Of a stretch of DNA of 64,000 nt, positions 1 through 8,633 are shown one piece after another. The notes below the pieces were generated by a model. The model had not been told where the DNA came from and ran no database searches. It worked only from the letters and a program-made list of their open reading frames with translations. A program made the translations under genes and the position numbers. The stretch covers positions 304-64,303 of the forward strand of contig JAJXYT010000001.1 of assembly GCA_021780375.1 (NCBI GenBank). The letters are read 5' to 3'. Each line of letters begins with the position of its first letter. Position 1 is the first letter of the stretch. Source of the stretch: a bacterium. Lineage in GTDB: Bacteria; Verrucomicrobiota; Verrucomicrobiia; Limisphaerales; UBA11358.

Positions 1-1
1 C

Positions 2-68
2 TTGATCTCAATCCTGCTCTTAATCGTAATCGTCCAGAAAGGATTAAGATTATGATGATGATTAAGAT
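2..68. repeat. Imperfect AT-rich hairpin whose arms are degenerate tandem TAATC/GATTAAG words (gattaag type)
   Basis: Left arm ttgatctcaatcctgctcttaatcgtaatc matches the reverse complement of right arm gattaagattatgatgatgattaagatcaa. A second element of the same type lies at 7524-7623. Confidence 0.5.
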
Positions 69-137
69 CAAAAGCATGGCTGGCACATTCCCCCTTTTCG
101 CACGCCGCCGGTTGTGCTATCCTCTTCTTCGCAGTAA

Positions 138-1523
138 TTGAAAGCGCTGATTGAAACCAGAAGCACGCGGCCAGAACGAGTCTTCCTCGTCGGCGTCGAA
201 CTTAAATCGCGCCACCGCGTGGACGTGCGCGATTCGCTCGCGGAACTCGGCGAACTCGCGACGACGGCCGGTGGCGAAGTCATTGGCCATGGCCTGCAAA
301 AAACGGAATCCCTGAATCCCGCCACCTTCATTGGCAAGGGCAAGGCGGAGGAATTCGCCGCGTTTTGCCGGTGCAACGACGTGGATACGGTCATCTTCGA
401 CGACGAACTGTCACCTGCCCAGATCCGCAACCTGGAAAAGATCTTCAACTGCAAGATTCTCGACCGCACGTCGCTGATTCTCGATATTTTCGCGCAACGC
501 GCCCGGACGCGGGAAGGCAAGCTGCAAATCGAGCTGGCGCAGCTCCAGCATCTCCTCCCGCGGTTGACGCGGTTCTGGGGCCACTTGTCGCGGCAGGCGG
601 GCGGCATCGGGATGCGCGGCGGTGAAGGCGAGTCGCAACTCGAATCCGACCGCCGCAAGGTGCAGGAGCGGATTGACAAGATCAGCCGCGACCTCGACGC
701 CGTACGCCGCCAGCGCGCGACACAGCGCGCCGGCCGCCAGCGCAGCCACTGGCCGCTGGCCTCCATCGTCGGCTACACCAATGCCGGCAAATCCACCCTG
801 CTCAATGCGCTCACCGGCGCGGACGTGATGGCCAAGGACATTCTTTTCGCCACGCTCGATCCGACCACCCGCCGGCTGCGGCTGCCGACGAACCAGAATG
901 TTTTGCTGACCGACACGGTCGGTTTCATCCGTAAACTGCCGCACGGACTGGTCGAGGCATTCAAGGCCACCCTGGAAGAGGTCGTGCAGGCGGATTTGCT
1001 GTTGCACGTCGTGGACATCAGCCATCTGCAGGCCGAGGAACAAATTCAGGCCGTGAATGCCGTGCTGGCGGAAATCGGCGCGGGTGAAAAGCCGACCATC
1101 ATGGTTTTCAACAAAATGGACCAGCTTGGGTGGGGCGAGGCTACTGACGGGCCGACCCTGGCGCGGCAAAGTAAAACGACGACGGCTCGCGAGGACGCTC
1201 GCCCCACCAAAATTGCAGATTTCGGGGTGTTAAACCGATTGCAGGAGAAATTTCCACACGCGGTGGCCATTTCGGCGGCAACGGGCGAAGGGATGGCGAC
1301 CTTGCTCGCGGAGATCGGCACGCAATTGCGGCCCAAGCGCGAATTTCTGGAATTGCGCGTGCCGCACGAACAGGCGGCCGTGATTGCCCGCCTGCACGCG
1401 GTCGGCCAGATCATCTCGCGCAGTTATCGCGGCCCGGCGGCGCGATTCAAGGCGCGCATCCCGCCGCGTCATCACGACGAATTCGCACCCTACATCGTGC
1501 GCGACCCACCGACGGTGCCGTAA
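138..1523 (+). CDS. hflX: GTPase HflX
   Basis: 461-aa ORF with a TTG start. It has an HflX-type N-terminal domain followed by G motifs GYTNAGKST (G1), DTVGF (G3) and NKMD (G4). Confidence 0.9.
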   Translation: MKALIETRSTRPERVFLVGVELKSRHRVDVRDSLAELGELATTAGGEVIGHGLQKTESLNPATFIGKGKAEEFAAFCRCNDVDTVIFDDELSPAQIRNLEKIFNCKILDRTSLILDIFAQRARTREGKLQIELAQLQHLLPRLTRFWGHLSRQAGGIGMRGGEGESQLESDRRKVQERIDKISRDLDAVRRQRATQRAGRQRSHWPLASIVGYTNAGKSTLLNALTGADVMAKDILFATLDPTTRRLRLPTNQNVLLTDTVGFIRKLPHGLVEAFKATLEEVVQADLLLHVVDISHLQAEEQIQAVNAVLAEIGAGEKPTIMVFNKMDQLGWGEATDGPTLARQSKTTTAREDARPTKIADFGVLNRLQEKFPHAVAISAATGEGMATLLAEIGTQLRPKREFLELRVPHEQAAVIARLHAVGQIISRSYRGPAARFKARIPPRHHDEFAPYIVRDPPTVP

Positions 1524-1590
1524 ATAATCCGGCAGCCGCGGCTTGCCCTGCGGCGGCGGCTGGCAATATATTGCCGGGGCAATCCGGTTT

Positions 1591-2898
1591 ATGTTGGACA
1601 GCGGCCGCCAGTCAATCAACGTCAGCAACGTCCTCTCGGTCATCATGGGGGGCGGTCAAGGCACGCGCCTGTTCCCGCTCACCAAGGAGCGCGCGAAACC
1701 CGCCGTACCGCTGGCCGGCAAATACCGGTTGGTGGACATCCCGATTTCCAATTGCATCAACTCCGGGTTCCGGCGCATCTACATTCTGACGCAATTCAAT
1801 TCCACCTCGCTGCACAGCCACATTTCGGGAACGTATAAATTCGACTTTTTTTCGAGCGGTTTCGTGGAAATCCTCGCCGCCCAACAGACGTTCACCAACA
1901 CCTCGTGGTATCAGGGCACGGCCGACGCCGTCCGTAAAAATCTGATTCACTTCCTCAATCACGATTTTGATTACCTCCTGATTCTGAGCGGCGATCAGCT
2001 GTACCGCATGGACTTTCGCCGGGTCGTGGACCAGCACGCCAAAACCGGCGCGGACATCACCGTGGCCACGATTCCGGTCGCCCGCACCGACGCGCAGTCG
2101 CTCGGCATCATGCAAATCGGCGAAGACCGCCGCATCACGCGGTTCGTGGAAAAGCCGAACGACCCGGCGGTGCTGGACACCCTGCGGCTGCCGCCCGAAT
2201 GGTATCCCAAACTCGGCATCGAAGGGGAACGCGACCTGTTCCTCGCCTCCATGGGCATCTACATTTTCAATCGCCAGCTCGTCCGCGAATTGCTGGACAA
2301 TCCCCTGCCCGACTTCGGCAAACACATCATTCCGCACGCCATCAACACCCGCCGGGTCTTCTCCTATATCTTTCAGGGTTACTGGGAGGACATCGGGACC
2401 ATCCGCTCGTTTTTCGACGCCAACCTCGACCTCGTCTCCGAACTGCCGCGCTTTAATTTCTTTGACATGAGCGCGCCGATTTTCAGCCGCCCGCGCTACC
2501 TGCCCGGCTCCAAAATCAACGGCGCCCAGATTGACCATGCGGTGATTTCCGACGGCTGCATCATCAATCACGCCCGCATCACCAGCAGCATCGTCGGCCT
2601 GCGCACCGTCGTCGGCACCGGGACGGACTTGAACCGCGTGGTCATCCTCGGCAGCGACTATTACGAATCCCAGGAATCCGTGCTCATGCACGAGTGCGAC
2701 GGCAAACCCCGCATCGGCATCGGCGCCAACTGCAAGATCGAGAACGCCATCATTGATAAAAACGCGCGCATCGGGAACAACGTGACCATTTCGCCCGCCG
2801 GCAAAGCCGACAAATTGGACCACGAACTTTACTACATCCGCGACGGCATCGTCATCATCCCCAAAAACGCCGTCATCCCGCACGGAACGGTCATCTGA
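1591..2898 (+). CDS. glgC: Glucose-1-phosphate adenylyltransferase
   Basis: GGGQGTRLFPLT nucleotide-binding motif, FVEKP, and C-terminal left-handed beta-helix repeats. ATG 1591 (MLDSGRQ...) is preferred over the longer ORF-track start at 1543. Confidence 0.9.
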   Translation: MLDSGRQSINVSNVLSVIMGGGQGTRLFPLTKERAKPAVPLAGKYRLVDIPISNCINSGFRRIYILTQFNSTSLHSHISGTYKFDFFSSGFVEILAAQQTFTNTSWYQGTADAVRKNLIHFLNHDFDYLLILSGDQLYRMDFRRVVDQHAKTGADITVATIPVARTDAQSLGIMQIGEDRRITRFVEKPNDPAVLDTLRLPPEWYPKLGIEGERDLFLASMGIYIFNRQLVRELLDNPLPDFGKHIIPHAINTRRVFSYIFQGYWEDIGTIRSFFDANLDLVSELPRFNFFDMSAPIFSRPRYLPGSKINGAQIDHAVISDGCIINHARITSSIVGLRTVVGTGTDLNRVVILGSDYYESQESVLMHECDGKPRIGIGANCKIENAIIDKNARIGNNVTISPAGKADKLDHELYYIRDGIVIIPKNAVIPHGTVI

Positions 2899-2902
2899 GA
2901 TT

Positions 2903-2927
2903 GACGATGGACGATGGACGATGGACG
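2903..2927. repeat. Tandem heptamer gacgatg x3.5 immediately after the glgC stop
   Basis: gacgatggacgatggacgatggacg read directly. It looks like a solo arm of the word-repeat hairpin class. Confidence 0.5.
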
Positions 2928-3006
2928 CGCGTAATGGGTTTCACGAATCCTGAAAACGGAAGATGGCGGGGGAGGCTCAACTCTTCCAAAAATCTCTGCA
3001 AAACTG

Positions 3007-3076
3007 GAGCGCTGGTCTCCGACCCGGCGCGAAAATGTTGGTTTCCCCAACATGCCGGGTCGGAGACCGGCGCTCC
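3007..3076. repeat. 70-nt GC-rich hairpin (REP-like), arms GGAGCGCTGGTCTCCGACCCGGC / GCCGGGTCGGAGACCGGCGCTCC
   Basis: 23-nt arms complementary with one mismatch. The loop contains a nested stem atgttgg/ccaacat. Confidence 0.75.
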
Positions 3077-3097
3077 GCCCATGATGCGCCGGCATTC

Positions 3098-3167
3098 GGA
3101 GCGCCGAGCACCGTCTCGGCTCGTTGGCAAAATCTGTCACTTCGCGCCGAGGCGGTGCTCGGCGCTC
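3098..3167. repeat. Second 70-nt GC-rich hairpin, arms GGAGCGCCGAGCACCGTCTCGGC / GCCGAGGCGGTGCTCGGCGCTCC
   Basis: 23/22-nt arms complementary with one mismatch and a 25-nt loop. It has the same end words as 3007-3076 but a different arm interior. Confidence 0.75.
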
Positions 3168-3336
3168 CATAACGCAGCGAAGGCGGGTGTCAACGCCGGG
3201 TTAAAGGATGGCAATCCCCTCAGAATTGAGGGTTAAATCGCCGTGGACAAACCACCAACACCGGAATAAAGTCTTTTCATGATACAGGATAGGCTGAGCA
3301 CTCAGCCGCCGGTTATCTGTTAGGCGGCTATGAATC

Positions 3337-3711
3337 ATGCGCGTTGCGCTAATCATTATTGGCTCTGCGGTTCTGATTTGGATACTTCTGGTCTATTTGT
3401 CATTTTATTGGCCACCGTGCATACGTGCCGTCAGATATTTCGCATACACGTTATTCGTCATCGGAGGTCTGAATTTTGCCAGCTTTTTCATTATTTCTTT
3501 GTTCATCGGAGGCGATGCGGTTGGGAACCCGCCGCAGGACGGCAGATATTTCGTATCGGAGCATGGCCGCCGGACAGAAGTTTCACGTTCGGTTTATGAG
3601 TATAGTCTGTTTCATGCGCACTCTGTTTGGGGCACTCACCCACTTATCGCTTTCGGTGCTTATATCCTGTATGGTGAGGACAGAAAGCGAAAGTCAAAGC
3701 CAGCCGTCTAA
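3337..3711 (+). CDS. Hypothetical small membrane protein (3-4 predicted helices)
   Basis: 124-aa ORF rich in hydrophobic stretches (LIIIGSAVLIWILLVYL, LFVIGGLNFASFFIISLFIGG). It is visibly AT-richer than its neighbours. No family was recognised. Confidence 0.5.
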   Translation: MRVALIIIGSAVLIWILLVYLSFYWPPCIRAVRYFAYTLFVIGGLNFASFFIISLFIGGDAVGNPPQDGRYFVSEHGRRTEVSRSVYEYSLFHAHSVWGTHPLIAFGAYILYGEDRKRKSKPAV

Positions 3712-3762
3712 ACTGAGGATAGGCTGCAAAGGATGATTCTCTCGTTGTTGCCCGGCTGCCAC

Positions 3763-3820
3763 GCGCCATTTGCTTTCCCCCGTTTCGCTGCTAAAACTTC
3801 CGCGTGCCCAACGATGTTGC
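3763..3820 (+). repeat. Direct repeat copy 1 of the kdsA start region
   Basis: 50 of 58 nt identical to 4003-4060, offset exactly 240 nt. It keeps a GTG (3804) in the same phase as the kdsA GTG (4044). Confidence 0.8.
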
Positions 3821-3967
3821 CAAATCAAAATCAAAATTGAAACCAAAGAAGGCGAAAGCGTATCGCACGAAGCCGCGCCCGCTGGGTCTTCGCAAAGGTT
3901 TCAGGTATGACAATGTTTCCCAATTGCTCACGCGCATTGAAGGCGGACGTTATCGTTGAGTTTCTCA

Positions 3968-3997
3968 ATCCGTGTTTATCCGTGTCCATCAGTGGTT
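3968..3997 (+). repeat. 30-nt ATCCGTG decamer block (copy upstream of kdsA)
   Basis: atccgtgtttatccgtgtccatcagtggtt is 27/30 identical to 21764-21793 and similar to 9669-9698. Confidence 0.75.
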
Positions 3998-4002
3998 TAA
4001 TC

Positions 4003-4043
4003 GCTGCATTTACTTTCCCCCGTTTCGCTGCTACAACTTCCGG

Positions 4044-4060
<17 letters not shown>
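4003..4060 (+). repeat. Direct repeat copy 2, containing the probable kdsA start
   Basis: See 3763-3820. Confidence 0.8.
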
Positions 4061-4862
<802 letters not shown>

Positions 4863-4863
4863 A

Positions 4864-4957
4864 CCTCGAACATCCAACCTCGAACATCCAACATCCAATT
4901 GAGTTGCCAGTTCGGAACCATTGGATGTCCGGCGTTGGATATTGGATGTTGGATGTT
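4864..4957. repeat. Imperfect hairpin built from aacatcc / ggatgtt words
   Basis: The left arm has three acatccaa words and the right arm has four ttggat(g/a)t words. It fills the kdsA-kdsC spacer. Confidence 0.6.
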
Positions 4958-4974
4958 TTCAAACTTTGATTTTC

Positions 4975-5514
4975 ATGGAGCGCCTTTCTCCGCAACTTCA
5001 ATCGCGCCTCAAGCGCGTAAAATTGTTCCTGTGCGACGTGGACGGGGTGCTGACCGACGGCGCGGTTTACCTCGGCGGCACGCGGGAAATCAAACGGTTT
5101 AACATCCGCGACGGTCTCGGCCTGATTTTTTTGCGCCGGGCCGGTTTCCCGGTCGGCTGGGTTTCCGCCCGGCCATCGCCGGTGACGAAGGCGCGCGCGG
5201 CCGAGCTGGGAATTGATTTTCTCGTCCAGCAAGGCGACCGCCGGAGCAAAACCGGCGCGGTGGAAAAACTGTTGCGCCGGACCAAACTGGATTGGGACGC
5301 CGTTTGTTTCGTCGGCGACGACGTGGTGGATTTGGGGCCGTTGACGCGGGCCGGCCTGGCGGTGGCGGTGGCCGACGCGCGGCCGGAGGCAAAGGCGGCG
5401 GCGCATTATGTCACGCGCGCGGCGGGCGGCCACGGCGCGGTGCGCGAAACGGCGGAAATGATTTTACAGGCGCAGGAAAAATGGGACGCCATTATCGCCC
5501 ACTACTGCGAATGA
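4975..5514 (+). CDS. kdsC: KDO 8-phosphate phosphatase (HAD superfamily)
   Basis: HAD motif I CDVDGVLTD, motif VGDDVVD, and KdsC-like length. ATG 4975 is preferred; the track start at 4921 lies in the hairpin repeat. Confidence 0.85.
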   Translation: MERLSPQLQSRLKRVKLFLCDVDGVLTDGAVYLGGTREIKRFNIRDGLGLIFLRRAGFPVGWVSARPSPVTKARAAELGIDFLVQQGDRRSKTGAVEKLLRRTKLDWDAVCFVGDDVVDLGPLTRAGLAVAVADARPEAKAAAHYVTRAAGGHGAVRETAEMILQAQEKWDAIIAHYCE

Positions 5515-5521
5515 CAGAACG

Positions 5522-5596
5522 GTAGCAGCGGACATTAGTCCGCTCTAAAACATGCAAAGAATTTTGAATAATGAGCCGGCTGACGCCGGCTGCTAC
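5522..5596. repeat. Double-hairpin palindromic element, full copy 1 (GTAGCAGC...GCTGCTAC family)
   Basis: Unit gtagcagcggacattagtccgctc, 27-nt spacer, inverted unit gagccggctgacgccggctgctac. Each unit is itself a 6-bp stem with a 4-nt loop. Confidence 0.8.
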
Positions 5597-6061
5597 GAGG
5601 AAGGACCAGCCCGGCCCGTTATTATTGCCATTTGGATTTTATTGGCCCAGATGGCGCTGGGACCTTTGGCCGTTGCCCGAGCACAGTCGAATGTCGTGGG
5701 CCACGCCAGCGATTTCACGTCGGTGGAGTACTACCCGGCGCCGAACCAGCAGCAGATGAAATCGCGGTTGTCCGGCGCGGAAGCGCAGCCGCTGCCGGGC
5801 GGATTGCTCGCCATCAAACAGCTCAAGCTCGAAACATTCGGACCGGACGGCAAGTCGGAAATCATCGTCAACGCGCCGGAGTGCGTTTATGATCAGTTGA
5901 GCGGCACGGCCAGCTCCGCCGGCCGGTTGCAGGTGCAGTACCAGGAAGGAAAAATCCGCATTGAAGGCAAAGGTTTTTTGTGGCGGCAAAGCGATTCCTT
6001 CCTCACCATCTCCAATCGCATATCCACCGTGCTGCAATTCGGATCGGAAAGGATGAATTAA
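5552..6061 (+). CDS. lptC: LptC-like periplasmic LPS-export protein (start uncertain)
   Basis: Has an N-terminal hydrophobic segment and a beta-rich ~150-aa body. It is assigned mainly from its position between kdsC and lptA. The first ~15 codons lie inside repeat 5522-5596. Confidence 0.5.
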   Translation: MQRILNNEPADAGCYEEGPARPVIIAIWILLAQMALGPLAVARAQSNVVGHASDFTSVEYYPAPNQQQMKSRLSGAEAQPLPGGLLAIKQLKLETFGPDGKSEIIVNAPECVYDQLSGTASSAGRLQVQYQEGKIRIEGKGFLWRQSDSFLTISNRISTVLQFGSERMN

Positions 6062-6064
6062 GCC

Positions 6065-6766
6065 GTGAAAATTTTTGGTTACATTGCACTGATGGCCCTC
6101 GCCGGCGTCGGACCGTTGCGCGCGCAGCGGAACACCAACACGAATGCCGTTGACGAAATCCTGGCGCTGGTGACAACGAATGCGCCCGCGTCGAAACCGC
6201 GACCGCGTCCGGAGACATTGATTGAAGCCGACGGCCCCGCGGATTTCGACCTGGCCGGGCACAAGGTGGTTTACCATGAGCACGTGCGGGTGGATTCCCC
6301 GAACATGAAGTTGAGTTGTGAATGGCTCGCCGCCGACCTGCCGCAAACCGGCGGTCGCGTGACCAACATCGTCGCCGAAACCAACGTGGTGATTGACGCG
6401 ACCGATGACAAAGGCCAGCAGATGCACGCAACCGGCGACAAGGCGGTGTACGTTTACAGCGTCGAAAACGGCGTGACCAACGAGACCGTCACATTGACGG
6501 GCAATGCGCGGCTGGAAAACACCCAGGGCTGGCTGACGGGTGATTCGATTATCTGGGACCGGATGCATGAACGTTTGAGCGTGCCGTCCAATCCCAAAAT
6601 GATCTTTCATCAAACCCTCAATGGCGTGGCCATCGGCACCAATGCGCCGCCGGTGGAAACCAATCCGCCGCCGGTGGCGACCCGTCCCCCGGCAACGGAC
6701 ACGAATTTGCCGCCGGCGAAACCGGATCCGACGCACAAACCCGCTCCGCCGCCTGAAAATTTCTAA
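6065..6766 (+). CDS. lptA: LptA/OstA-like periplasmic LPS transport protein with Pro-rich tail
   Basis: GTG start, signal peptide (ALMALAGVGPLRA), OstA-like beta-jellyroll sequence (ATGDKAVYVY...LTGNARLENTQGWLTGDSIIWD), and a position upstream of lptB. Confidence 0.65.
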   Translation: MKIFGYIALMALAGVGPLRAQRNTNTNAVDEILALVTTNAPASKPRPRPETLIEADGPADFDLAGHKVVYHEHVRVDSPNMKLSCEWLAADLPQTGGRVTNIVAETNVVIDATDDKGQQMHATGDKAVYVYSVENGVTNETVTLTGNARLENTQGWLTGDSIIWDRMHERLSVPSNPKMIFHQTLNGVAIGTNAPPVETNPPPVATRPPATDTNLPPAKPDPTHKPAPPPENF

Positions 6767-6772
6767 GACTGA

Positions 6773-7522
6773 ATGGAAACGACCGCGACATCGTCGAACG
6801 GCCTGCTGCTCGCCACCGAAAAGCTGATGAAGGCCTATCATGGCCGGCGGGTGGTTGACGGCGTTTCGGTGAACGTGAAGGCGGGTGAGATCGTCGGATT
6901 GCTCGGTCCGAACGGCGCGGGCAAGACCACGACCTTCAACATGGTCGTGGGCGTCGTGAAACCCGATGAAGGCGTGGTGAACTTTCAGGCCCGCAACATC
7001 ACGCGGCTGCCCATGCACAAACGCGCCCGGCTGGGCATCGGCTATCTGACGCAGGAACCGTCGGTGTTCCGCAAGCTGACGGTCGAGCAAAACATCCTGG
7101 CGATTCTGGAAACGTGCAAAATGTCGCGGGACGAGCGCGCGGTGCGGTTGAAGTACCTGCTGCAGGAACTGGATTTGACACCGGTGGCCCGGAGCCGGGC
7201 GTACCAGATCAGCGGCGGGGAGAAGCGGCGGCTGGAAATCACCCGCGCCCTGGTGACCAGCCCCCGGCTGATGCTGCTGGACGAGCCGTTCAGCGGCATT
7301 GACCCCATCGCGGTTTACGAAGTCCAGAAGATCGTGCGCCGCCTCAAGGAGCGCGGTCTGGGCATTTTGATCACCGACCATAACGTGCGGGAAACCTTGA
7401 AATTGATTGACCGCGGTTACATCATTCACAAGGGTCAAGTGCTGGTGGAGGGCAGTTCGGAATTTCTGACGAACGACCCGAAGGCGCGCGAGATTTACCT
7501 GGGACCGGAATTTAACCTGTAG
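6773..7522 (+). CDS. lptB: LPS export ABC transporter ATP-binding protein
   Basis: Walker A GPNGAGKTT, signature ISGGEKRRLE, Walker B LMLLDEP, and H-loop ITDHN. LptB-typical length of 249 aa. Confidence 0.9.
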   Translation: METTATSSNGLLLATEKLMKAYHGRRVVDGVSVNVKAGEIVGLLGPNGAGKTTTFNMVVGVVKPDEGVVNFQARNITRLPMHKRARLGIGYLTQEPSVFRKLTVEQNILAILETCKMSRDERAVRLKYLLQELDLTPVARSRAYQISGGEKRRLEITRALVTSPRLMLLDEPFSGIDPIAVYEVQKIVRRLKERGLGILITDHNVRETLKLIDRGYIIHKGQVLVEGSSEFLTNDPKAREIYLGPEFNL

Positions 7523-7523
7523 T

Positions 7524-7623
7524 CGGATTAAGACGAAGCTTAAGATTACGAGCAAGAGTATGATAACGAGAAAAGCCCGCTGCCACCTCTCGATTCTTAA
7601 ACTTAATCTTAATCGTAATCGCG
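7524..7623. repeat. gattaag-type word-repeat hairpin, copy 2
   Basis: cggattaagacgaagcttaagattacgag pairs with ctcgattcttaaacttaatcttaatcgtaatcgcg across a ~36-nt loop. It lies between lptB and hprK. Confidence 0.6.
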
Positions 7624-7635
7624 GTTGAAAAAAAT

Positions 7636-8601
7636 ATGGCACACGAACCCGTCACGGTTGAACGGTTTTATGAGGAGCATGCCGACTCGCTGCAACTGCG
7701 ATCGCTGTCCGGCAAAAACGGATTCAAACGCATCATCCGTGAGCCGACGGTCAACCGCCCCGGCCTGGCCCTGAGCGGTTTCACGCGTTATTTCGCCTAC
7801 AAACGCATCCAGGTGCTGGGCAACGCGGAAACGTATTATTTGCGGTCACTCTCCCGCGCGGAGCGCGAGACCCGCTACGCGGAACTGTTCGCCTACCGGA
7901 TTCCCGGAATCGTGTTCAGCCGCAATCTCCGGCCGGACGACGAACTGCTGGTGGCGGCGGACAAGGCGGGCGTGCCGATTTTTCACACCGCGCTCGTCAC
8001 GATGCGGTTCATCAACTTCGCCACCTTCGCCCTGGAGATGATGTTCGCGCCGCGCGGCACGGAAATGGGCAGCGCGGTGGACATCCTGGGCGTGGGTGTG
8101 CTCATTCGCGGTGAAAGCGGCATCGGCAAAAGCGAGGCGGTCCTGGCCCTCATCGAGCGCGGTTACAGTCTGGTGGCCGATGATGTGACGAAGGTGACGC
8201 TGTTGGACGGCCGCCAGGTGATGTGCACCAGCGCCGAATTGACGCGTGACCACATGGAAATCCGGGGCATCGGCATCATCAACGTGGCCGCCATGTTCGG
8301 CGTCAAAAGCGTTCGCAAGGAAAAGAACCTCGATCTGGTCATCACCCTCAAAGCCTGGAAAGAAGTGGACGAGGTGGACCGGATCGGCATGGAACAGGAA
8401 TTTGTCAAAGTGCTGGGGGTGGACATTCCGCACATCGTGATTCCCGTGCGGCCGGGCCGGGACCTGGCGCGGCTCATCGAAGTCGCCGCCTTCCAGACCA
8501 AACTGAAAATGTCGGGCTACAACGCCGCCGAAGACCTGAACCAGCGGTTGATTGCCCACATGGTGCCGGGCCATGTGATGCCGCCGACGGCACAAAAATA
8601 G
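7636..8601 (+). CDS. hprK: HPr kinase/phosphorylase
   Basis: P-loop GESGIGKSE, LVADD and the EIRGIGII signature. 321 aa. Confidence 0.9.
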   Translation: MAHEPVTVERFYEEHADSLQLRSLSGKNGFKRIIREPTVNRPGLALSGFTRYFAYKRIQVLGNAETYYLRSLSRAERETRYAELFAYRIPGIVFSRNLRPDDELLVAADKAGVPIFHTALVTMRFINFATFALEMMFAPRGTEMGSAVDILGVGVLIRGESGIGKSEAVLALIERGYSLVADDVTKVTLLDGRQVMCTSAELTRDHMEIRGIGIINVAAMFGVKSVRKEKNLDLVITLKAWKEVDEVDRIGMEQEFVKVLGVDIPHIVIPVRPGRDLARLIEVAAFQTKLKMSGYNAAEDLNQRLIAHMVPGHVMPPTAQK

Positions 8602-8633
8602 CTGGATATTTAACTTATTTCATCTAGTGTCGC

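Noticed and set aside
5552-5596. Taking ORF-track starts at face value for lptC (5552), kdsC (4921), kdsA (3972), mog (24872), moaC (25467) and the gluconate-dehydrogenase subunit-3-like gene (21775).
   Set aside because: In each case the extra N-terminal codons are encoded by one of the repeat elements and give implausible peptides. Downstream starts were preferred, except for lptC, where no clearly better start was found.
5639-7642. 667-aa minus-strand ORF covering lptC-lptA-lptB. Similar long antisense ORFs occur at 1612-2883, 3831-4898, 10037-11089, 14725-16011, 16651-18309, 23438-24505 and 25332-26444.
   Set aside because: Each lies opposite a gene with clear family motifs. The translations are Arg/Gly/Ala/Pro-rich low-complexity strings typical of stop-poor antisense frames in high-G+C DNA, and none shows recognisable motifs.
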